Source of the DNA: Halanaerobiaceae bacterium
Lineage (GTDB): Bacteria; Bacillota; Halanaerobiia; Halanaerobiales; Halarsenatibacteraceae
Direction: 5' to 3'
NCBI GenBank assembly: GCA_007134885.1
Contig: SLJX01000060.1
Coordinates: 1,914-65,913 of the forward strand
Length of the DNA stretch: 64,000 nucleotides
A program made the position numbers and the translations under genes. The notes under the pieces are model-generated. The model searched no databases and was not told the DNA's origin. It saw only the letters and a list, made by a program, of their open reading frames with translations. Shown here one piece after another: positions 48,300-57,383 of the stretch (positions are counted from its first letter, which is position 1; each line of letters starts with the position of its first letter).

Positions 48300-49805
48300 A
48301 TGGCAAAAAACTATATTCTGGCAATAGATCAGGGAACCACCAGCACCAGGGCCATGATCTTCAACCGGGAAGGTCAGGTTGTGGGAAAGTCCCGGCAGGA
48401 ATTTCGCCAGATTTATCCCCGCTCGGGCTGGGTGGAACACAATCCTGCAGATATCTGGAATTCCACCAGGGAGGTAATGGCTTCTGCCATCAAGGAAGCC
48501 AAAATTGAAATTGAACAGATAGCTGCTATCGGCATCACCAATCAGCGGGAAACCGCTGTCATCTGGGATAAGGAGACTTCGGAACCCATTCATAATGCCA
48601 TTGTCTGGCAGTGCCGCCGAACAGCAGACATCTGTCAGGAGTTAAAAGAGCAGGGTTATCAGGAAATCTTTCAGGAGAAAACCGGACTGATTCTCGATCC
48701 CTATTTTTCAGGTACCAAAATCAAATGGCTGCTGGACAATGTCTCTGGTGCCCGGGAAAGAGCCCGTAAAGGAGAGCTTTTATTTGGCACCATCGACAGC
48801 TGGCTGATCTGGAAGCTCAGCGGGGGCAGCTGCCATGTTACCGATTATACCAATGCCTCCCGGACCCTGCTCTTTAACATTCATGATCTTGAGTGGGATC
48901 AGGAGCTGCTTGATATTCTTGAGGTTCCCCGGGAGATACTTCCCGAGGTGCGCTCCAGCAGTGAAGTCTACACCACCACTGCTGACAGCCTTTTTCAGGG
49001 AGAGAAAATTCCCGTAGCCGGGATTGCCGGTGATCAGCAGGCTGCCACCTTTGCCCAGGCCTGCTTTCGTAAGGGCCTGACCAAGACAACCTATGGTACC
49101 GGGGCCTTTATGCTCATGAATACCGGTCAGCAGCCCTATATTTCAAATAATGGTCTCCTGACCACCATCGCCTGGGGGATTGGTGATGAAATCACCTATG
49201 CCCTGGAGGGCAGTATTTTCAATGCCGGCTCGGCAATTCAGTGGCTCAGGGATGAGCTGAATCTAATTGAAGATGCCGCCGACTCCGATTACTTTGCCCG
49301 GAAGGTTGAAGATACCAATGGGGTATATGTGGTGCCGGCCTTTACCGGCCTGGGAGCACCTCACTGGAATCCTGAAGCCCGGGGTACAATAGTCGGCATC
49401 AGCCGGGCCACCACCAAAAATCACATCATCAGGGCCACCCTGGAATCGATTGCCTATCAGAGCTATGACCTCTTTCAGGCCATGAGCGATGATGCCGGGA
49501 TTGAGCTCAAAGAAGTCCGGGCCGATGGAGGTGCTGCCAAAAACAATTTTCTGCTGCAGTTTTTGGCCGGTATAAGCGGCAGCAGGGTACAGCGCCCGGT
49601 CAATATCGAAACAACAGCAGCTGGTTCAGCTTTTCTGGCCGGACTGGCAGTGGGCTTCTGGAGCAGCAGGGAAGAGATTGAGAATATCCGCCGGGTTGAT
49701 GTAGTCTTTCAGCCCGATATGGAGGAAGAGACCCGGCAGCATTTGTATCAGGGCTGGTCCAGAGCGATAAAAACCGTATTAGACTGGACAAATTCCGGAG
49801 GTTAA
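48300..49805 (+). CDS. glpK: Glycerol kinase
   Basis: It reads [39 protein letters not shown] and DGGA..N. Confidence 0.95.
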   Translation: MAKNYILAIDQGTTSTRAMIFNREGQVVGKSRQEFRQIYPRSGWVEHNPADIWNSTREVMASAIKEAKIEIEQIAAIGITNQRETAVIWDKETSEPIHNAIVWQCRRTADICQELKEQGYQEIFQEKTGLILDPYFSGTKIKWLLDNVSGARERARKGELLFGTIDSWLIWKLSGGSCHVTDYTNASRTLLFNIHDLEWDQELLDILEVPREILPEVRSSSEVYTTTADSLFQGEKIPVAGIAGDQQAATFAQACFRKGLTKTTYGTGAFMLMNTGQQPYISNNGLLTTIAWGIGDEITYALEGSIFNAGSAIQWLRDELNLIEDAADSDYFARKVEDTNGVYVVPAFTGLGAPHWNPEARGTIVGISRATTKNHIIRATLESIAYQSYDLFQAMSDDAGIELKEVRADGGAAKNNFLLQFLAGISGSRVQRPVNIETTAAGSAFLAGLAVGFWSSREEIENIRRVDVVFQPDMEEETRQHLYQGWSRAIKTVLDWTNSGG

Positions 49806-49821
49806 CTTTTACAGAAAATAC

Positions 49822-49850
49822 TTGATTAAATCCTACCGTTGCTATATAAT
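49822..49850 (+). promoter_or_regulatory. Promoter TTGATT-17 nt-TATAAT upstream of the G3P dehydrogenase cluster
   Basis: TTGATT lies at 49822-49827 and TATAAT at 49845-49850. Confidence 0.6.
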
Positions 49851-49902
49851 AAAATTAAGTTAATTAAATATAATGTAAGTTAAATATATGATGGTTGAGA
49901 AA

Positions 49903-49967
49903 AGAGAGAGAACCATTTCCTGTCGGGGGTGAATTATGCCCAGAGCAGGGGTGGTTCTCTTTTTTGT
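49903..49967 (+). terminator. Leader terminator/attenuator upstream of the G3P dehydrogenase gene
   Basis: AGAGAACCA (49907-49915) pairs with TGGTTCTCT (49952-49960) around an inner GC-rich helix, followed by TTTTTTG. It lies between the promoter and the start codon at 49990. Confidence 0.6.
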
Positions 49968-49989
49968 ATTAACAACAAGGAGGGGTTAG

Positions 49990-51501
49990 ATGCCAGTTGA
50001 ATATGACGTGACAATAATAGGCGGAGGAGTGGTCGGGACAGCCATTGCCAGAGAGTTAAGCCGCTATCAGCTCAAAATCTGTCTGCTGGAAAAGGATGCC
50101 GATGTGGCTTCCGGCACCTCCAAGGCCAATTCTGGTATCATTCACGCCGGTTATAATGCCGCCAAAGAAACTTTAAAAAGCAGGCTCAATATTGAATCCA
50201 ATCCCCAGTTTGACAGGATAGCCAGAAATCTCAAGGTGCCCTTTCAGCGAATCGGCTCGCTGGTGGTGGCCTTTGCCAGAGAGGATATCAGCAAACTGAA
50301 AAAAGAAAAAGAGGCCGGCCAGGATAAGGGCATTACCGGCCTGGAAATTCTGAACCAGGAAGAACTTCACCGAAAAGAGCCGGAAATTCATCCTGAAGCC
50401 CGGGCTGCTCTCTATGCGCCCACCGCCGGAATTATTTCTCCTTACCTGCTGACCATTGCCCAGGCTGAAAATGCCGTTAAAAACGGAGCAGAGGTCAGGC
50501 TTAGGTCCGAGGTTGTCGATATTAAATGTGATTCCGGAGCGGTTTCAGCTGTAGTCCTGAAGGACAGCAGCGAGCTCAGCTCTCGGGTGGTGATCAATGC
50601 CGCCGGCTTATATGCCGATGAAATAGCCGCCCTGGTGGGAGAGAGCTATGAAATAACCCCCCGCAAGGGAGAATATAATCTTTTTGATAAGGAATACGGT
50701 GGTATGGTCAAGCATGTCATCTTTCCCATGCCCAGCGAGGAGTCCAAAGGGATACTAATTACCCCCACCGTCGAGGGCAATCTGCTGCTGGGCCCCAACT
50801 CCAATCCCGTTGAAGATAAGGAAGATCTGGCGGTTACCCGGGAAGGCCTGGAGGAGATCTGGGAAGGAGGCAGAGCGCTCTATCCCGACCTGCCGGCCGA
50901 AGGTGTAATAGCTTCCTTTGCCGGTTTAAGAGCCTCTTTGCCAGGAGATGATTTTAAAATTGAGGCTCTGGAGGATCCGGTCGGTTTTATTGATGTGGCC
51001 GGGATTCAGTCCCCCGGACTTTCCTCCGCTCCGGCAATTGCCACCATGGTTCGTGATATCCTGGCTGATATTGCTCCTGAGCTGCCAGAAAAATTAACCC
51101 TGAGAGAGGGAGATTTTGATCCGAAGCTTAAAAAATTGCCCAGCTTTCAGGATTATCAGGAAAAACTGGATAAGTGGCAGGATATCTTTCTCCAGAACCC
51201 CGACTACGGCGAGATTATCTGCCGCTGCGAGCATGTTACCCGGGGGGAGATAGTAGCCGAACTTAACAAGGAATTCACCTCTCCCACCCTAAATGGTATC
51301 AAGCGACGGACCAGAGCGGGGGGCGGCAGATGTCAGGGAGGCTTTTGCGGTCCCCGGATAGCCGAGATAATTGCTGAAGAGCTGGGGATCTCTCCTCTGG
51401 AAGTTACCAAAAGTGGCCCGGGATCTGAAATCCTCTGGGCCCGGGTCAAGGATGTCAAACCAGATTGCGATCTTGTTTATGGATTGGGTGAGAAAAAATG
51501 A
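49990..51501 (+). CDS. FAD-dependent glycerol-3-phosphate dehydrogenase/oxidase with a BFD-like [2Fe-2S] domain
   Basis: It has the N-terminal YDVTIIGGGVVGTAIAREL dinucleotide fold and the C-terminal CRCEHVTRGEI...CQGGFC. Confidence 0.8.
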   Translation: MPVEYDVTIIGGGVVGTAIARELSRYQLKICLLEKDADVASGTSKANSGIIHAGYNAAKETLKSRLNIESNPQFDRIARNLKVPFQRIGSLVVAFAREDISKLKKEKEAGQDKGITGLEILNQEELHRKEPEIHPEARAALYAPTAGIISPYLLTIAQAENAVKNGAEVRLRSEVVDIKCDSGAVSAVVLKDSSELSSRVVINAAGLYADEIAALVGESYEITPRKGEYNLFDKEYGGMVKHVIFPMPSEESKGILITPTVEGNLLLGPNSNPVEDKEDLAVTREGLEEIWEGGRALYPDLPAEGVIASFAGLRASLPGDDFKIEALEDPVGFIDVAGIQSPGLSSAPAIATMVRDILADIAPELPEKLTLREGDFDPKLKKLPSFQDYQEKLDKWQDIFLQNPDYGEIICRCEHVTRGEIVAELNKEFTSPTLNGIKRRTRAGGGRCQGGFCGPRIAEIIAEELGISPLEVTKSGPGSEILWARVKDVKPDCDLVYGLGEKK

Positions 51502-52784
51502 TGAGAGAACATCAACTGGTAATCATAGGAGCCGGACCGGCCGGCCTGGCCGCTGCTCTGGAAGCCGAAAAAGCAGGCCTGGAAGATATTGTGCTGCTGG
51601 AACGAGATGAGTACCTGGGAGGAATCCTGCAGCAGTGCATTCACAATGGTTTTGGACTGAATTATTTTGGAGAAGAATTAACTGGCCCGGAGTATGCCGA
51701 AAGATTTATCGACGATGTCAGGGAAAGCAGCGTTAAAATCAGGCTGAAAACCATGGTGCTCAATATCTCCCCGGACAAGAAAATCACCGCCATCAATGAG
51801 GAGGAAGGCATGATTTTCCTTAAAGCACAGGCTATAATTTTAGCCATGGGCTGCCGGGAGAGGACCAGGGAAGCCCTTAAAATACCAGGCACCCGGCCGG
51901 CCGGGATTTTAACGGCCGGCACCGCCCAGCGCTTTATCAACATTGAGGGCTATCTTCCAGGCAGAGAGGTGGTCATACTGGGTTCCGGCGATATTGGCTT
52001 GATAATGGCCCGGAGAATGGCCCTGGAGGGAGCAGAGGTCAAGGGCGTGCTGGAGATAATGCCCTATTCCTCCGGACTGGTGAGAAACAAAGTTCAGTGT
52101 CTCGATGATTTCGGGATTCCCCTCAAGCTTCAGCATACCGTTGATTATATCTACGGAAAACAGAGGCTGGAAGCAGTTGATGTGATCCAGGTCGATGATA
52201 ATTTCAACCGCCTTACCGAGACCAAAGAAAGGATCGAATGTGACACCCTGCTGCTTTCAGTTGGTCTGATTCCGGAGAATGAACTGAGCCAGGATATGGG
52301 TCTCAAACTGGCAGACGGTTCAGGAGGCCCCCCTGTCAATGAGCTGAGAGAGACTGAAATTCCTGGAGTCTATGCCTGCGGCAATGTGCTTCAGGTCCAT
52401 GACCTGGTTGATTATGTCAGTGAGGAGGCCGAGGTTGCCGCCCGGGGCGCCGCAAATTTTATCAAAGACAGCCTGAAAAAGCGGGAAAAGGAAATTATTA
52501 TCGAACCCGGCAGAGGCATCAATTTCGTTATTCCCCATAAAATCAGCTATCAGGATGAAAGCCGCAAGCTTATCAGGCACTTCCTCCGGGTTGATGAACC
52601 CCGGGAAAACATCAAAATTGTTATCAGGGATGAAGCCGGCAGCCAGATTGCCAGATTTGGCAGAGAGATAGTGACTCCGGGAGAGATGGAAACGGTGAAG
52701 CTGCCTGAGTCTTTAATTCCTGAGGGGACCGGCAAACTGGAATTTTCAATTGAGGCAGAAGGAGTTGAAGAAAATGGAAAATAA
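51498..52784 (+). CDS. FAD/NAD(P)-dependent pyridine nucleotide-disulfide-type oxidoreductase (partner subunit)
   Basis: It reads LVIIGAGPAGLAAAL, VILGSGDIGL and YACGNV. It overlaps the upstream gene by ATGA. Confidence 0.78.
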   Translation: MMREHQLVIIGAGPAGLAAALEAEKAGLEDIVLLERDEYLGGILQQCIHNGFGLNYFGEELTGPEYAERFIDDVRESSVKIRLKTMVLNISPDKKITAINEEEGMIFLKAQAIILAMGCRERTREALKIPGTRPAGILTAGTAQRFINIEGYLPGREVVILGSGDIGLIMARRMALEGAEVKGVLEIMPYSSGLVRNKVQCLDDFGIPLKLQHTVDYIYGKQRLEAVDVIQVDDNFNRLTETKERIECDTLLLSVGLIPENELSQDMGLKLADGSGGPPVNELRETEIPGVYACGNVLQVHDLVDYVSEEAEVAARGAANFIKDSLKKREKEIIIEPGRGINFVIPHKISYQDESRKLIRHFLRVDEPRENIKIVIRDEAGSQIARFGREIVTPGEMETVKLPESLIPEGTGKLEFSIEAEGVEENGK

Positions 52785-53193
52785 TGATGCCAACGAGAAT
52801 ACCATCGTCTGTGTCAACTGTCCCCGGGGCTGCCGGGTCAGGGTGCAGTCTCAAAACGGTGAAATCACCAATATTACCGGCTATCAGTGTGACCTGGGAA
52901 TAGATTATGCCAGGGAAGAATTCAAAAACCCCACCCGGATTCTGCCCACCACCGTCCGGGTCAAGGGAGGCGAACTCGAGCTGGTTCCGGTAAAAACCGC
53001 CCGGCCTATCCCCAAGGCCAGCATCGGTGAAGCGATGCAGGAGCTTGCCGGGGTCAGGGTTCAGGCTCCGGTAAAGAGGGGCCAGGTTGTTGTTGAAGAT
53101 ATCGCCGGCACCGGCATTGAGGTGGTTGCCACCAGGTCAATTGCTCTTTCTCAGAAAGAGAACAACACCGGTAATAAAAAAGAAACCGGCTAG
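52774..53193 (+). CDS. DUF1667 domain protein
   Basis: It has the Cys motif CVNCPRGCRV...YQC. I recall it as the third gene of this glycerol-associated trio in anaerobic Firmicutes/Thermotogae. Confidence 0.7.
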   Translation: MENNDANENTIVCVNCPRGCRVRVQSQNGEITNITGYQCDLGIDYAREEFKNPTRILPTTVRVKGGELELVPVKTARPIPKASIGEAMQELAGVRVQAPVKRGQVVVEDIAGTGIEVVATRSIALSQKENNTGNKKETG

Positions 53194-53262
53194 GAAAGAA
53201 ATATGTTTTCTGGCTTTAACTGCAGTTTAATTAAAAAAATTATCTATGGTTTCACTGCGAAT

Positions 53263-53356
53263 AGTCATTTTCCTGAAATTTGTTTGACAGGAATTTTGGC
53301 ATGTTAAGGATTACAGTTTCGAAATTTGACAATATTGGCTTTATGCAGTGCAATCA
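53263..53356 (+). repeat. Copy B of the ~95-bp dispersed conserved element (contains TTGACA-17 nt-TGCAAT)
   Basis: It aligns with 28600-28695. TTGACA lies at 53326-53331 and TGCAAT at 53349-53354. Confidence 0.8.
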
Positions 53357-53405
53357 TCTATAACTTTTTAACTGCTTTAATTACCGGCAGTTCAATACTA
53401 TTATA

Positions 53406-53440
53406 AATCGGGTGAATTTTTCACTCGATTTTTTCTTTAT
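53406..53440 (+). terminator. Terminator-like hairpin in the asnS leader
   Basis: AATCGGGTGA (53406-53415) pairs with TCACTCGATT (53421-53430), followed by TTTTTCTTTATTATTT. It lies 63 nt before the asnS ATG. Confidence 0.6.
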
Positions 53441-53502
53441 TATTTGATAAAATTATAGATAATAAAAAGACAGGAAAAAATTATAGCAGGAGGGAAAAAC
53501 AG

Positions 53503-54894
53503 ATGAACTATTTTGAGCGGACTAAAATAGATGATATAGTTTATGATAATATTGATGATTATCAGGATGTCCTGGTTTTGGGCTGGGTCAGAACCAAGCG
53601 GGTTACCAAAAATATTGCCTTTATTGAGCTGAATGACGGCAGCACCGTACATAATCTTCAAATTGTAGCTCTAAACCCTGATAAGTTTCCTCTGGATAAT
53701 ATTAATAACGGTGCCAGCATTAAGGTCAGGGGTTATCTGGAAAAGGTAGAGGGCCGGGAGCAGTCCATTGAAATGAAGGCTGAGGAAATAGGAGTGGTAG
53801 GAGAAGCTCCTTCGGATTATGTTCTTCAGAAAAAACGCCACACCTTTGAGTTTTTGCGGGAAATAGCCCATCTCCGTCCCAGGACCAGCACCCTGGGTGT
53901 AGTGAATAGATTTCGCAGCAAGATGTCCTATGCTGTTCATAAGTTTTTTCAGGAAAGAAACTTTCACTACATTCATGCTCCGATCATTACCACGGGAGAT
54001 GCCGAAGGAGCAGGAGAGATGTTTCGGGTAACCACCATTGATCCCGCTGATCCGCCCCGCCGGAATGGCGGAAAAATTGATTTTTCCCGGGATTTTTTCG
54101 GCCAGGAAACTGGCCTGACAGTTAGCGGTCAGCTTCAGGCTGAACTTCTGGCCTGCGCTCTGGGGGATGTTTATACCTTTGGCCCCACCTTCCGGGCCGA
54201 AAATTCCAATACCTCCCGCCATGCTTCCGAGTTCTGGATGATCGAGCCTGAAATGGCCTTCTGTGACCTTAATGAGATGAATGTTTTAATTGAAGATTTT
54301 ATTAAATATCTTTTTCAATTTGCTCTGGAGGAAGCTGAAGAAGAAATGAAATTTTTTAATGACAAAATTGATGAGGACCGGATAGAGGTTTTAAAAAGTA
54401 TAATCCAGTCAGATTTTGCCCATGTAAGTTATACAGAGGCCATAGATATTCTTAAAGAAAGTGGAGAAAATTTCGAGTTTCCGGTGGAATGGGGAGCAGA
54501 TCTCCAGTCCGAACACGAGAGATATTTAACTGAACAGCACTTTAAGAGACCGGTTATGGTAACCGATTATCCCAAGAAAATTAAAGCCTTTTATATGCGG
54601 ATAAACGAAGATGAAAAAACTGTCCGGGCTGTTGATTGCCTGGTGCCGGAGGTAGGAGAAATAATTGGAGGCAGCCAGCGAGAAGAACGGCTGGAAGTTC
54701 TGGAAAGAATAATGCAGGAAGAAAACATGGACCTGGAAAAGTATGACTGGTTTCTGGATATTAGGAGATATGGTACTGTCCCCCATTCCGGGTTTGGCCT
54801 GGGTTTTGAAAGAATTCTGATGTATCTTTCCGGCATGGGAAATATCAGAGATGTTATTCCCTTCCCCCGCACTCCTGGGAATGCTATGTTTTAA
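53503..54894 (+). CDS. asnS: Asparagine--tRNA ligase
   Basis: It has class IIb motifs (FRAENSNTSRHASEFWMIEPEMAF, GGSQRE, GFGLGFER) and is 463 aa. Confidence 0.93.
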   Translation: MNYFERTKIDDIVYDNIDDYQDVLVLGWVRTKRVTKNIAFIELNDGSTVHNLQIVALNPDKFPLDNINNGASIKVRGYLEKVEGREQSIEMKAEEIGVVGEAPSDYVLQKKRHTFEFLREIAHLRPRTSTLGVVNRFRSKMSYAVHKFFQERNFHYIHAPIITTGDAEGAGEMFRVTTIDPADPPRRNGGKIDFSRDFFGQETGLTVSGQLQAELLACALGDVYTFGPTFRAENSNTSRHASEFWMIEPEMAFCDLNEMNVLIEDFIKYLFQFALEEAEEEMKFFNDKIDEDRIEVLKSIIQSDFAHVSYTEAIDILKESGENFEFPVEWGADLQSEHERYLTEQHFKRPVMVTDYPKKIKAFYMRINEDEKTVRAVDCLVPEVGEIIGGSQREERLEVLERIMQEENMDLEKYDWFLDIRRYGTVPHSGFGLGFERILMYLSGMGNIRDVIPFPRTPGNAMF

Positions 54895-54968
54895 CCCTGA
54901 ACCTTTTCTAACTGTCAAAAATAGTCAACTGCTGAATAGTTAATAGCTATCTGCCAATCTGATTTCTC

Positions 54969-55016
54969 AAGATCGGGCCTCCCTGACTGCCTTATTCCGG
55001 AGCCCGATCTTTTTTG
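54969..55016. terminator. Hairpin terminator between convergent asnS and the photolyase gene
   Basis: GATCGGGC (54971-54978) pairs with GCCCGATC (55002-55009), extended by TCC/GGA, followed by TTTTTT. Confidence 0.7.
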
Positions 55017-55023
55017 GTTATTT

Positions 55024-56469
55024 TTAATCCCCGGCAATATTTTTCTCCGGGGTCAATTTATTTATTCTTTCCAGGTAATCTTGCATCTTAAATTTCCTCT
55101 CAAGCCCCCTGCGGTTCATGTATCTGACCTTACCGTAAATCGGCCTCTCCTGCCAGGCCCTGTCGTGTTTGCCAAAGCACCAGGCAATTCCAGCATAACT
55201 GTTGGGATCCCTGCCATCCAGAGCATACCTGTTATTGAGATATAAAGCTGTGGTAAAAGCCGGCTCCGGCCCGGTTGACCATTCCAGAATTTTTTTACCC
55301 CAGTACATCCTCATATAATTATGCATATTGCCGGTATAGATCAGCTCCAGTTGAGCAGCGTTCCAGTATTTATCATGGGTCTCAGCCTGTTCAAATTCTT
55401 CAGGGGAATAGCAGTAATCCCTCTCATCCTGGCTGTGCTTCTTTAAGGTGGTTGCCGCCCATTCCGGCAGGCAATCAGGGAATTTATTATAATTTTTATT
55501 ATAATAAACAAAATTATAGCTGAGTTCCCGGCGAACTATAAGTTCCTCCAGAAATTCTTCTTTAACCTCCTGCCGGGAGGTGCTGTTAATCACTTTTAGA
55601 GCAATTTCCCGGGGAGAGATATTGCCAAAGTGAAGATAGGGACTAAGCCCGGACTGAATATTGAGATCGGGATCATTACGCTGGTCATATCGCTTCAATT
55701 TCCTGTCAGAAAAACTCATAAGCTGTTCTTTTGCAGCATTATATCCTCCTTTTTTTTCCGCCTTTAATTCCGGGGTCACTTCCGGTAAATTTAAGGATGC
55801 CAGAAATTTATCCCTGCTGGAAAAATTATCTGGTATCCTGGTATATTTTTTTCCGCTGTGATTCAGCTCAGGAAATTCCCATATTTCCAGAAATTTATCT
55901 CTGAGAGAATTAATTTTTTTCCGGATGGTATAGGCGGCATATTCTTCTTTTTGAGAGGCTGCTGTCACCGGTACCACAGTATTGCTGGCAATTTCTATCA
56001 CCGCTGTATCTGCAATTTCCCCCAGTTTTTTTCTCCAGTTTCTCGGCTCCTGTAAAAAAGCCTGGTCTGTGAGTATCAGGCCGGCTTTTTCAGAAATACT
56101 TTTGAAAAATTCATTTCTTTTCCCAACCCCCACCTTAATACCAGCTCCTGCTGCCTGTAATTCTTCGAGACTTTCTCTGATTCCCTCATACATAAAATTA
56201 AAATGCCTGAAATTTGAACCGGGATAATCGGGCATAAAAAGAAAGCCCACAACCAGAGGTTTTTTTAAACTGTTGGCCAGTTTCCCGGCCAGAGTTAGAG
56301 CTTTATTATCACTTACCCTCTGGGAGGACTGCAGCCAGTAGAGTATATAATCTTTATCGCTGTTAACAGCTTTGGAATTAAGACAGCTGTAGTGCTCGCT
56401 GGAAATATCAAGCTCCCCCAGCAAATTTTCAGCTGAAATTTTTTTAATGGTTGCCATCCGCTGATTCAC
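55024..56469 (-). CDS. phr: Class II CPD photolyase (deoxyribodipyrimidine photo-lyase)
   Basis: It is 481 aa and reads GGY.AA...L..F....L..Y...RNDP......SGLSPYLHFG.IS, RRELSYNF and MHNYMRMYWGKKILEW. Confidence 0.85.
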   Translation of the reverse strand: MNQRMATIKKISAENLLGELDISSEHYSCLNSKAVNSDKDYILYWLQSSQRVSDNKALTLAGKLANSLKKPLVVGFLFMPDYPGSNFRHFNFMYEGIRESLEELQAAGAGIKVGVGKRNEFFKSISEKAGLILTDQAFLQEPRNWRKKLGEIADTAVIEIASNTVVPVTAASQKEEYAAYTIRKKINSLRDKFLEIWEFPELNHSGKKYTRIPDNFSSRDKFLASLNLPEVTPELKAEKKGGYNAAKEQLMSFSDRKLKRYDQRNDPDLNIQSGLSPYLHFGNISPREIALKVINSTSRQEVKEEFLEELIVRRELSYNFVYYNKNYNKFPDCLPEWAATTLKKHSQDERDYCYSPEEFEQAETHDKYWNAAQLELIYTGNMHNYMRMYWGKKILEWSTGPEPAFTTALYLNNRYALDGRDPNSYAGIAWCFGKHDRAWQERPIYGKVRYMNRRGLERKFKMQDYLERINKLTPEKNIAGD

Positions 56470-56571
56470 TCCTTTTCTGAATTTTTTTAAATTTTAACAC
56501 TTCCGGAATATGATTAGTTCTAAAAGCAAAAAACCTTGCCAGGAAACTATCAAATGAAGTTAATTTTTTAC

Positions 56572-56600
56572 TTGCTGTTAAGACAATTACATTATATAAT
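56572..56600 (+). promoter_or_regulatory. Candidate ferritin promoter TTGCTG-17 nt-TATAAT
   Basis: TTGCTG lies at 56572-56577 and TATAAT at 56595-56600. Confidence 0.5.
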
Positions 56601-56662
56601 AAATTTGTACATTAAAGTTAAAATTCCTTTATTCTCACTACTAAAAGGAGGTTAAATTAATT

Positions 56663-57151
56663 ATGTTAAATGAAGAAATTCAGGAAAAATTAAATCAACA
56701 GGTCAACAATGAATTATATGCTGCTTACATTTACCAGGCCATGGGTGCTCAGTTTGAAGCTGAAAGTCTGGAGGGCTTTGCCAGCTGGATGGACCTGCAG
56801 ACTCAGGAAGAGCTGGAGCACGCCCGAAAAATTTACGACTACATTAATGAAAGAGGAGGAAGGGTTGAGCTGAGGGCCATTGCCGAACCCCCCAAAGATT
56901 TTGGCACCCCTCTCGAAGCCTTTCAGGCTGCCCTGGAGCATGAAGAAATGGTAACCGGTAAAATCAATGAACTGGTGAGCCTGGCCAGAAAGCATGATGA
57001 TTATGCCACCGAATCCTTCCTGCAGTGGTTTGTAGATGAACAGGTGGAGGAAGAGGACTCGGTTAATGCCATAATTGATAAATTAGAGATGATTGGAGGC
57101 GCCAGCTCAGGAATATATATTTTAAATAACGAGCTGGGGAGAAGACAGTAA
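56663..57151 (+). CDS. Ferritin (non-haem, Ftn-type)
   Basis: It is 162 aa and reads LN.Q.N.ELYA.Y.Y..M...F......GFA.W...Q..EE..HA.K........GG...L, with ferroxidase-centre E/H residues. Confidence 0.85.
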   Translation: MLNEEIQEKLNQQVNNELYAAYIYQAMGAQFEAESLEGFASWMDLQTQEELEHARKIYDYINERGGRVELRAIAEPPKDFGTPLEAFQAALEHEEMVTGKINELVSLARKHDDYATESFLQWFVDEQVEEEDSVNAIIDKLEMIGGASSGIYILNNELGRRQ

Positions 57152-57160
57152 AGAAATATA

Positions 57161-57190
57161 AGGGGCGGGCACTTTGCCCGCCTTTTTCTC
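57161..57190 (+). terminator. Intrinsic terminator after the ferritin gene
   Basis: GGCGGGC (57164-57170) pairs with GCCCGCC (57176-57182), followed by TTTTTCTC. Confidence 0.75.
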
Positions 57191-57383
57191 TCTCAACTCA
57201 GCACTGAAATACTTGATAATTGCTTGAAATATAAGTAATAATCAGGTATAATTGTTATAGGAATAAAATAAAAATCATCAAATATATTATACCTTATATA
57301 TTTTATCCGATAATTTCTCAATTTTTCCTGAAGTTTTATCTGCTGGTCTTTTTTATTAATCCAGAACAACTTAAGGTGATAAG

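Noticed and set aside
53194-53502. A T-box riboswitch upstream of asnS, and likewise upstream of trpE.
   Set aside because: No T-box sequence (GGTGGTACC-like) or Stem I elements were found. trpE has TRAP-type GAG repeats instead.
53671-54222. A 183-aa minus-strand ORF inside asnS. The ORFs at 54526-54918 (-) and 54591-54872 (-) are similar.
   Set aside because: All are antisense to a canonical class IIb aaRS gene.
56572-56640. A Fur/PerR box at the ferritin promoter.
   Set aside because: The AT-rich sequence TTATATAATAA is only a vague partial palindrome, and I could not match a 7-1-7 box convincingly.
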